Assembly (NCBI GenBank): GCA_003280965.1 | Contig: QCDI01000001.1 | Coordinates: 160,001-224,000, forward strand | From: Prochlorococcus sp. AG-355-B18 | Lineage (GTDB): Bacteria > Cyanobacteriota > Cyanobacteriia > PCC-6307 > Cyanobiaceae | Length of the DNA stretch: 64,000 bases | Direction: 5' to 3' | Shown: piece after piece, positions 35,821-43,221 of the stretch | How the letters are laid out: each line of letters starts with the position of its first letter | Position numbering within the stretch: position 1 is the stretch's first letter | Translations under genes and position numbers: made by a program | Notes under the pieces: model-generated | Seen by the model: the letters and a program-made list of their open reading frames with translations, nothing else | Databases searched by the model: none | Told to the model about the DNA's origin: nothing

Positions 35821-36678
35821 TTATTTAATTTCAATAGGTTTAATTTCCCAAGATAAAGTATTTTCTAAATTATTTTTTCCTATAAAGTTTCCCGTAATTA
35901 CAGAAGTTAAATTAGATTTGGAAGAGGATACCAGTGTTAAATATCTTTCGTCTATTAATCCTTTTCCACTTGGATCGAAACCTCTCCAACCGGCGCCTGG
36001 AATATATAACTCAGCCCACGCGTGTAAATCTAATTCAGACGGTAAAGGATCTTCAAAATGATAACCACTTACGAATCTACTCGGAATACCAATAGACCTA
36101 CAAGCTTCAACCATAAGCATTGCTAAATCTCTGCATGAACCTATACGTTCTCTAAGTGTTCTGCTTGCCGGCCATGCTGGACCTGTGTGTCTTTTAGTAT
36201 ATTTAACCCGATCTTGAATGATTTCTATTAACTGGTAGGTGAATGATAATGCGTTATTAATACTACCCGCCAAAGCTTCTTGAGCAAGTTCAACGGCAGA
36301 GGGATCGTGCTGTCCATTTGGCATCCACCCTTCTAGTGCTCCCTGTAAATCTCTGTTAATAATACTTCTACAAAAAGGTAATGTTAAATCTCTATTTTTA
36401 ACCCCATCGATAATGTTTGGATGTTCAATAGTCTCAACTTCGCTAATTGATTCAATAATTAAATTATCTGTTATTCCATTAAATCTGATTCTATTAATCT
36501 CTTCGCCACTTGCAGCCAGTAAGGGATAAATAATTTCTGGTTCTGGGGTTATTTTTAGTTCAAAATTCTTCAGCTTTTGGAATCCATTTGACCTTGGTTT
36601 TATACATAATCTATGTTCGCCTAATTGAACAGGGTCTTCATATCTATATTCTAGTTTATGTGTGTATTTAATTCTCAT
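35821..36678 (-). CDS. Transglutaminase-like cysteine protein with bacterial N-terminal domain
   Basis: Triad GSCRD / LHAWAE / FDPS; RFVSGY. Confidence 0.92.
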   Translation of the reverse strand: MRIKYTHKLEYRYEDPVQLGEHRLCIKPRSNGFQKLKNFELKITPEPEIIYPLLAASGEEINRIRFNGITDNLIIESISEVETIEHPNIIDGVKNRDLTLPFCRSIINRDLQGALEGWMPNGQHDPSAVELAQEALAGSINNALSFTYQLIEIIQDRVKYTKRHTGPAWPASRTLRERIGSCRDLAMLMVEACRSIGIPSRFVSGYHFEDPLPSELDLHAWAELYIPGAGWRGFDPSGKGLIDERYLTLVSSSKSNLTSVITGNFIGKNNLENTLSWEIKPIEIK

Positions 36679-36689
36679 TAATAAATTTC

Positions 36690-37631
36690 TTAATTAATAA
36701 AATATTTTTCTTGAATGAGATCATTTAATTTATTTAAATCAATTTGCAATGAATCGATTGCCTCATGTAATCCATCATTTATTATATCTTCAATCCTGAT
36801 ATAACTCCACTTTGCTTTTAGTAAACCTCTCATGCATTCTAATTCTGAAGGATTTTCAGGAGGTGGCGAGGTATCTATCATCTTAAGAGTATTGCTAATC
36901 CCATCAAGACAGTATCTTACAGATCTTGGGAAAATTGGATCAAGTAAAAGGAATCTTGCAACTGAATTAGGCCTTATAGAATTTTGCTCTGCTTTCCTAA
37001 ACATTTGATAAGCTCCAGCTGAGCGTAAAAGAGCAATCCATTGCAACTCATCTAGGACACCTCCAAGTTCATCCAAGCTGGGCAGAAGTAAGTAATATTT
37101 AACATCTAAAATTCTGGATGTTTTGTCAGCTCTTTCAATCAATCTTCCAAGTATGCTAAATCTCCAAGCAAGGTCTTTACTTAGAGTCGCATCTGTAATT
37201 CCATAAAAAAGCTGACATTCCCTTCTTATTTCACTTAATTGTTCTTGTCTTGGTTTATTCCAAATTGCCTCTCCTTCTTGCATATTCCAATACAAGATAT
37301 TAATCTGTTCCCACATTTCTGTGGTCATGACATCTCTGATTTGTCGAGCATTTTCTCTCGCCATTTGAATGCAAGAAATTATGCTGTTTGGATTTAAACG
37401 ATCTCTTATTAAAAAATTAATAACGTCATCAGGTTTTTTCTCTGGAAATCTTTTATCAAAAGATTCTCTATCACTTGAAGCGTCAATTAATGGGAGCCAA
37501 GGTTCTGCGCTTCCCGGTGGACAATCTAATGACATTGCTTCACTGACTTCCACGAAACGAGATATATTTTCTGCACGTTCTAAATAACGATTGATCCAAT
37601 AAAGAGATTCTGCTACACGACTTAAAAGCAT
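36690..37631 (-). CDS. Alpha-E domain protein (DUF403)
   Basis: MLLSRVAESLYW...YLERAEN and second LIERADKTSRILDVK repeat; FPRSV. Confidence 0.92.
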   Translation of the reverse strand: MLLSRVAESLYWINRYLERAENISRFVEVSEAMSLDCPPGSAEPWLPLIDASSDRESFDKRFPEKKPDDVINFLIRDRLNPNSIISCIQMARENARQIRDVMTTEMWEQINILYWNMQEGEAIWNKPRQEQLSEIRRECQLFYGITDATLSKDLAWRFSILGRLIERADKTSRILDVKYYLLLPSLDELGGVLDELQWIALLRSAGAYQMFRKAEQNSIRPNSVARFLLLDPIFPRSVRYCLDGISNTLKMIDTSPPPENPSELECMRGLLKAKWSYIRIEDIINDGLHEAIDSLQIDLNKLNDLIQEKYFIN

Positions 37632-37632
37632 A

Positions 37633-39075
37633 TTATTGACCTACTACCCAAGTATCTTTGCATCCTCCTCCTTGAGAAGAGTTTACGACTAAGGATCCTT
37701 TTTTTAAGGCTACCCTTGTGAGACCGCCTGGGCTCACCCATGAATCTTTTCCTCTTAATATGTATGGTCTTAAATCGACATGGCATGGATATAGCTCACC
37801 ATCGCATAAGGATGGCACAGTAGATAATTCTAATGTTGGTTGGGCAATAAAATTTCTTGGATTTTTTTTAATTTTATTAGCAAATTCTTGAATTTCAGTA
37901 GTTGTTGAGTGAGGCCCAATTAACATTCCATAACCCCCTGCTTCAGCTACAGACTTAACAACAAGTTTTGATAAATTTTCTAGAACATATTCTCGATCTT
38001 TTTGGTAATGACAAATATATGTTTCTACATTTTTAATAATCATTTCTTCATCAAGATAATATTTAATCATTTTTGGAACAAAAGAATAAATCATTTTGTC
38101 ATCTGCTATTCCTGTCCCAGGGGCATTTGCTAAAGCAACATGACCTGCCTTGAAAACATCAAGTAATCCTCTAACACCAAGGCATGAATCTTTTCTGAAA
38201 TTAAGAGGATCTAAGAAATCATCGTCAATTCGCCTATAAATTACATCTACTCTTTTTAATCCGGAGGTAGTTTTTAAATATACATAATCATCATTACAAA
38301 CTAAGTCATGACCTTGTACTAGTTGGATGCCCATTTCTTGAGCTAAATAACTATGTTCAAAATACGCACTATTAAAAATTCCTGGAGTTAATAGAACTAT
38401 TTTGGGGGTGTCCGTCCAAACAGCAAGTTCTTGAAGAGTTTTTAAAAGATATGATGGATATTCATCAATTGGTTTCACTATTCTTCCAGAGAAAAGATTA
38501 GGAAATATATTTTTCATAACTAATCTATTTTCTAGAAAGTAGGCGACTCCAGAAGGACACCTTAAATTATCTTCTAATACATGCCAATCACCCTTTCTAT
38601 CTCTTATTAGATCAAGTCCTGAAATTTGACACCATTTATTTAATGGAGGTTTGAAGCCTATCATTTGAGGTCTCCAACCCTCTGAACTCTCTATTAACTC
38701 TCTTGGAATTATTCCGTCATTAATTATATTTTGAGAGTTATATATATCATCTAAAAATAAATCAATTGCTTCAAGCCTTTGTTTTAGGCCTTTTTCTAAT
38801 ATTACCCAATCATCTTTACTAATTATTCTAGGAAGTGGATCAAAAGGTAATATTCTTTCAGTACCTTTTAAACCAGTATCGTTTAGTCTAAAAGTTGCAC
38901 CATGTCTTAGTAATAATTTTTTTGCTGCAGAATGATTCCTGTTTAATTCTTCAAGACCCATATTATCTAAAGAGGCCAGAAGTGGTTCTAATATTTCTCT
39001 AGAAGAATTGACATTATCTTTGAAATATTCATCAAAACTATTTTTAGGACGATAACTTGAAAACATATATTTCAT
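37633..39075 (-). CDS. Circularly permuted type 2 ATP-grasp protein (start may be Met at 39066)
   Basis: DPLPRI, VLEDNLRCPSGVAY, YRRIDDDFLDP, NAPGTGIADDK, DLRPY, VVNSSQGGGCKDTWV. Confidence 0.93.
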   Translation of the reverse strand: MKYMFSSYRPKNSFDEYFKDNVNSSREILEPLLASLDNMGLEELNRNHSAAKKLLLRHGATFRLNDTGLKGTERILPFDPLPRIISKDDWVILEKGLKQRLEAIDLFLDDIYNSQNIINDGIIPRELIESSEGWRPQMIGFKPPLNKWCQISGLDLIRDRKGDWHVLEDNLRCPSGVAYFLENRLVMKNIFPNLFSGRIVKPIDEYPSYLLKTLQELAVWTDTPKIVLLTPGIFNSAYFEHSYLAQEMGIQLVQGHDLVCNDDYVYLKTTSGLKRVDVIYRRIDDDFLDPLNFRKDSCLGVRGLLDVFKAGHVALANAPGTGIADDKMIYSFVPKMIKYYLDEEMIIKNVETYICHYQKDREYVLENLSKLVVKSVAEAGGYGMLIGPHSTTTEIQEFANKIKKNPRNFIAQPTLELSTVPSLCDGELYPCHVDLRPYILRGKDSWVSPGGLTRVALKKGSLVVNSSQGGGCKDTWVVGQ

Positions 39076-39113
39076 CGTTTAATAATTTTTACTTGAGCTT
39101 CAAATCTTTATTC

Positions 39114-39127
39114 GTATTTATGGCTAC
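39114..39127 (-). promoter_or_regulatory. Putative NtcA-binding site upstream of the ATP-grasp operon
   Basis: GTAGCCATAAATAC on the minus strand (GTA-N8-TAC), followed 22 nt later by an imperfect -10 (TAAAAA). Confidence 0.6.
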
Positions 39128-39203
39128 CAAAAATAATATCTCTCTACTAGATCTATTTCATTATTTCGATCATTGAAGTATATTTCTTAAAAATCTAAAA
39201 GGT

Positions 39204-39440
39204 ATGAATTCTAGTAATTGGCAATTTGTTTTTTTTAGATATTTCGCAAGCTTTCTTTTTATCCTCTCTCACAGTTTGCTGGTTCTTGATCATCTACCGG
39301 TAGGCGCGGCACTTCACGGACTTGGGGAAGTTTTTATTGCGCCTTGGGCTTTTAGGGAAAGAGCATGGGATCTTGTTGTTATTGCAGTTTTATTTTTCTT
39401 CTTCGATATCTGGGGACTTATAAACACTCCTTGGAATTAA
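39204..39440 (+). CDS. Hypothetical small membrane protein
   Basis: 78-aa hydrophobic ORF with locally raised GC. Confidence 0.7.
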   Translation: MNSSNWQFVFFRYFASFLFILSHSLLVLDHLPVGAALHGLGEVFIAPWAFRERAWDLVVIAVLFFFFDIWGLINTPWN

Positions 39441-39483
39441 CTGATATTATTTATCTACTTATTCTGGGGAGTTTATATTAGAA

Positions 39484-39705
39484 ATGATGTCTTTTTTTTA
39501 TCAAATTTATAAAATAATTTTTCTTTTACTACTGACGCATATTTCCAATTTATATGCACATAATTTAATTAACGGTGGTTGCAATGAACATTGCGGGCAA
39601 AAAGTTAAAGTAATAAATAATAAAAACAAATTAAAAAATATTGATGATCAAATAAATATTGAGAGTAAAAATTCCTGTTTAAATAAATCACTTTGCAGGG
39701 GTTGA
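39484..39705 (+). CDS. Hypothetical exported Cys-containing protein
   Basis: Signal-like N-terminus; GGCNEHC and SCLNKSLC. Confidence 0.55.
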   Translation: MMSFFYQIYKIIFLLLLTHISNLYAHNLINGGCNEHCGQKVKVINNKNKLKNIDDQINIESKNSCLNKSLCRG

Positions 39706-40005
39706 ACTGTCATGACTTTTTAAATTGTTCTGTGAAATTGTTTCTTTAAAAATTATCATAAAAATACTATTTGCTTGATAATTTTTATTAGGAGCGTTTA
39801 TTTGATTTTTAATTAAAAAAATAAAAGTATATATTAATGGTAGAAGTAATGATGATGCAGCAATTAAAGCAATTATCTGATTCAACCTAATAAATGGTTT
39901 TTTTACAAGATCCTCTCCGCAGAAGCCACAAATCAAAATTCCTTTTGAGGATTTTTTTTGAAATTGATATTTAGGATTGCAATATGGGCAATAATATCGA
40001 ACCAT
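39688..40005 (-). CDS. Hypothetical Zn-ribbon plus TM protein
   Basis: CPYC...CGFC followed by a hydrophobic helix. Confidence 0.65.
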   Translation of the reverse strand: MVRYYCPYCNPKYQFQKKSSKGILICGFCGEDLVKKPFIRLNQIIALIAASSLLLPLIYTFIFLIKNQINAPNKNYQANSIFMIIFKETISQNNLKSHDSSTPAK

Positions 40006-40062
40006 TGTTTAGTTTTATCGTTTTAATCATTATCTATAAAAATTGAAGAAAGTCATCTTATT

Positions 40063-40092
40063 AAAAAAGAGGGCTTATTTAAGCCCTCTTTT
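40063..40092. terminator. Bidirectional intrinsic terminator
   Basis: A6-GAGGGCTT-attt-AAGCCCTC-T4. Confidence 0.85.
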
Positions 40093-40187
40093 ATCTCTTA
40101 CTTATATTTTTTACTGAAGTTAATAACGCAGCTAAATCATGGATCCTTGTTGCTAACTTCTATTAAGCTAATGCTCACCACAATTAA

Positions 40188-40277
40188 CTAATTGTCTTTA
40201 ACTGGGGCAAAAACTCTAGAATTAAGCTTGTTTCTTAAAGGGCACCTAAACGATGCAGAAGAAGGAAGCTTAGACAT
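40188..40277 (-). CDS. Candidate 29-aa peptide MSKLPSSASFRCPLRNKLNSRVFAPVKDN
   Basis: ATG...TAG inside the candidate transcript; manual translation. Confidence 0.35.
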   Translation of the reverse strand: MSKLPSSASFRCPLRNKLNSRVFAPVKDN

Positions 40278-40559
40278 TAATAAAAAATAATTGGAGCAGT
40301 TAATTAAATTAGTTCGGTTTATTCCGAAATTTCAGGCAGGCTATCGATCATTTTGAAAGACCTCCAAGAACTCAACAATATAAAATTAGGAAAATATTTC
40401 TCTAAAGACAATCCGTTTTTATACGCATTGCTTTTTATTTAAAAATGTCCGAGAGTAGTAATCAATTGCTGTTTTTTTGAGATATTTTTAGTAAGTTTTG
40501 CTTATTTCTTTTGGTATTCAATTCTACTATCTTAATTTTAATAATTGAGGAAATCTTTC

Positions 40560-40715
40560 ATGAATCATTCGAAAGAAGTAGGTAAAACTGATAAATCTAA
40601 TCCTATAGACGAATATTTTCAATGTCTTTCATATTGCGATATTCACCCAAAAGGGATAGATAATGACTGTGAGGTCATCTGTATGGAAAGACATTTAAAA
40701 GCTAACTATTGGTAA
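40560..40715 (+). CDS. Small Cys-rich protein (51 aa, CxxxC...CxxxC)
   Basis: GAGG RBS upstream; MNHSKEVGKTDKSNPIDEYFQCLSYCDIHPKGIDNDCEVICMERHLKANYW. Confidence 0.7.
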   Translation: MNHSKEVGKTDKSNPIDEYFQCLSYCDIHPKGIDNDCEVICMERHLKANYW

Positions 40716-40733
40716 TTTATAAGTTTGTACTTT

Positions 40734-41807
40734 TTATTTAAATCCCTTTGAAAAAAGGTTAGTACGAACTTTAAATTTCCATACATTTACCACACCTTTC
40801 GCATTAACTGCTGCAAGTGCGCAATCATCTGGTCTCCAGGATATTGCCCCTACTAAATCTCCGGCGAATGCAGCTCCAACTGGGTCTCCATTACCGTCTT
40901 TTTTAAGAAAACTTGCGACAACAGAACCATCTCTAGATCCTGAGGCTACAAGCATACCTTTATTTGAAAAGGCAAGGCTTGAAATAGGTTCTGTATGGTG
41001 ACAAAGCTCTCCTGGCATAGTCCCTTCTGGACCATTTCCTATAAAACTCCATACCGTAATTCTTTCACTGCCACTAGTTGCTAGTAATTTTCCGCTGTCA
41101 TCAAAAGAAAGGTGACTTGGTTTTCCAGGATATCCTGTCATTTCTGCATCCATTCCTGTTGATCTTCTCCAAAAATGAACTGAATTATCTTGACTACCGC
41201 AGGCCACTATATCTCCATCAGGGCTTAATTCCATCGAGACTAAAGATCCTTGCCACTCGAGTTTTTGATTCGTTTTATTATTAACTATGTCAAAGAATGT
41301 CACTCTTCCATAGCAAGCAGTTGCTAGCTCATTTTTATTTGACCATGTTATTGCACTTACCGTGCTTGGATGGTCTTCAGAAATCCATTTCTCTTCACCA
41401 ATTTCATTAAAAACATATACTTTTTTTGAGGAAGCTATCGCTAGAAATAAACCGTCATTAGACCACTTGAGGTGTTCTACCCAACCCCTGCCGAGATCAA
41501 GTGTTTTAATTAATTTACCTTCGTGGCAATTACAAATCTGAACATTTCCATCCTGACCAGATGTTGCAAAAATTTCACCCTCTGGATGAATAGCCATTGC
41601 TAATAGACCACCAGAGTGTGTGTTTTCTTTTTTCCAAATAATTTTTCCAGTATCTCCTTCGAATGCAAAAAGACCTCCTGCCACATCACCAACAATAAAT
41701 TGTCTCCCTTTAAGAGCCCAGCCGCATGCAATGGCGTAATCGTTGACTTCAGCTGTCCATCCTTCATGGAACATGCCTCTTGGGCTAAATGGTTCTATAT
41801 CAGGCAT
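40734..41807 (-). CDS. WD40-repeat beta-propeller protein
   Basis: Repeated ATSGQDG / ACGSQDNSVHFW / ASGSRDG blades; overlaps the cobW-family stop by 13 nt. Confidence 0.88.
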   Translation of the reverse strand: MPDIEPFSPRGMFHEGWTAEVNDYAIACGWALKGRQFIVGDVAGGLFAFEGDTGKIIWKKENTHSGGLLAMAIHPEGEIFATSGQDGNVQICNCHEGKLIKTLDLGRGWVEHLKWSNDGLFLAIASSKKVYVFNEIGEEKWISEDHPSTVSAITWSNKNELATACYGRVTFFDIVNNKTNQKLEWQGSLVSMELSPDGDIVACGSQDNSVHFWRRSTGMDAEMTGYPGKPSHLSFDDSGKLLATSGSERITVWSFIGNGPEGTMPGELCHHTEPISSLAFSNKGMLVASGSRDGSVVASFLKKDGNGDPVGAAFAGDLVGAISWRPDDCALAAVNAKGVVNVWKFKVRTNLFSKGFK

Positions 41808-43144
41808 TTATCAAAGCCTTCTTGCATCTCTTTCTCATTTAGATTTCTACCGATAAAAACAAGTTGATTTCTACGGGGTTCGTTACCCCATTCTTTGTCA
41901 GGTTGTGCAGTAAATAACATATGAACTCCTTGAAAAACTATTCTCCTTGGGTTCCCTGAGTAACTTATGAAACCTTTAGTTCTGAATATATCAACCCCTT
42001 TTTCTGATAGAAGTCTTCCCATCCAAGTATTTAGTTTTTCTGGGTCAACATCTCCAAAACGCTCTATAGCAATTGAGCTTACTTCATCATCATGTTCGTG
42101 CTCTGCTTGCCAGAATCTTTCAGTATTAAATGGAATCTCTTTATTTTCGTTACTTTTAATGACTTTCATATTGAATTCTTCAGCGGTGTGCTGTGTAAAC
42201 AAACCTATTTTTGTTGGTTTTTCTATGTTCAGGATGAAGGATTTATTTCCTTTATCCTCCAATTTGAGATTTATATGTTCTCCATATGGAATGGTATTTC
42301 CAGGATCTAAACTATTTGCTTTTTCTGCATAAAGTCTCACGGAGGATTCAGCACCATCTTTAAGTTCCTCTTCACTCTCTCCTTGGTTAGCGAGGGCTAC
42401 TAAGGACATTTCTGGATCGGGTCCTTCTTCAAGCATTAATTCATATTTACCTGCATCAAGATCGTAAACACCTGTCCATTCAAAAGGATATTCTGGTTCA
42501 AGGAATGTTGGCCTGCGTTTAAGGATCTGATCAAGATCAAATGCACTTAGATTTAAGACTGTTTCAATTGGTACTTTGGCATTCTCAGCTCTAATAATTC
42601 GGGTCATTCGGTTCATATCTCTCAATCTCGATTCAAGAGTATCTAGTGCATCATCAGAGACTAAATCAGTTTTATTAAGGACAAGAACATCTGCAAATGC
42701 CACTTGTTCTGAACTTTCATCATTCCTGCCTAGCTGTTGATCAATATGAGCAGCATCAACTAAAGTCACAATTCCATCAAGAGTAAATTCAGAACTAATT
42801 TCTTCATCCATGAAAAATGTCTGAGCAACTGGGCCTGGATCTGCTAATCCTGTCGTTTCTACTAAAACATAGTCAAACTTATCTCTTCTTTTCATAAGGT
42901 TGCCAAGGATTCTTATTAAATCGCCGCGAACAGTGCAACAAATGCACCCGTTTGACATCTCAAACACTTCTTCATCTGCATTAATTACGAGCCCTTGATC
43001 TATACCAACTTCACCGTATTCATTTTCAATTACTGCTATTCTTTTCCCGTGCTCTTCACTCAATATTCTATTAAGCAAAGTAGTCTTCCCTGAACCTAAA
43101 AATCCAGTGAGAATAGTAACAGGAACTTTATCTTGGATGCTCAT
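41795..43144 (-). CDS. COG0523/CobW family G3E GTPase metallochaperone with inserted domain
   Basis: GFLGSGKTT, GCICC, ETTGLADP, LNKTD; CobW_C domain (RTKG...QGVH...LVFIGR). Confidence 0.93.
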   Translation of the reverse strand: MSIQDKVPVTILTGFLGSGKTTLLNRILSEEHGKRIAVIENEYGEVGIDQGLVINADEEVFEMSNGCICCTVRGDLIRILGNLMKRRDKFDYVLVETTGLADPGPVAQTFFMDEEISSEFTLDGIVTLVDAAHIDQQLGRNDESSEQVAFADVLVLNKTDLVSDDALDTLESRLRDMNRMTRIIRAENAKVPIETVLNLSAFDLDQILKRRPTFLEPEYPFEWTGVYDLDAGKYELMLEEGPDPEMSLVALANQGESEEELKDGAESSVRLYAEKANSLDPGNTIPYGEHINLKLEDKGNKSFILNIEKPTKIGLFTQHTAEEFNMKVIKSNENKEIPFNTERFWQAEHEHDDEVSSIAIERFGDVDPEKLNTWMGRLLSEKGVDIFRTKGFISYSGNPRRIVFQGVHMLFTAQPDKEWGNEPRRNQLVFIGRNLNEKEMQEGFDKCLI

Positions 43145-43190
43145 TTACTGATTTTTACTAAATAAACAATAGTTTAATAATAGTAATAAT

Positions 43191-43211
43191 TATAAATGAA
43201 AACCGTTTTTA
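43191..43211. promoter_or_regulatory. Degenerate Zur-box-like site upstream of the cobW-family gene
   Basis: TATAAATGAAAACCGTTTTTA resembles the 44749 box with several mismatches. Confidence 0.35.
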
Positions 43212-43221
43212 CTAGAAAAAT

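Larger units (their letters stand above)
40063..40376 (-). ncRNA. Candidate ~310-nt structured RNA, or leader plus small ORF
   Basis: TAATTT -10-like element before 40376, TTGGAG/CTCCAA pairing, TTCGG-AATAAA-CCGAA hairpin, strong terminator at the 3' end. Confidence 0.45.
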
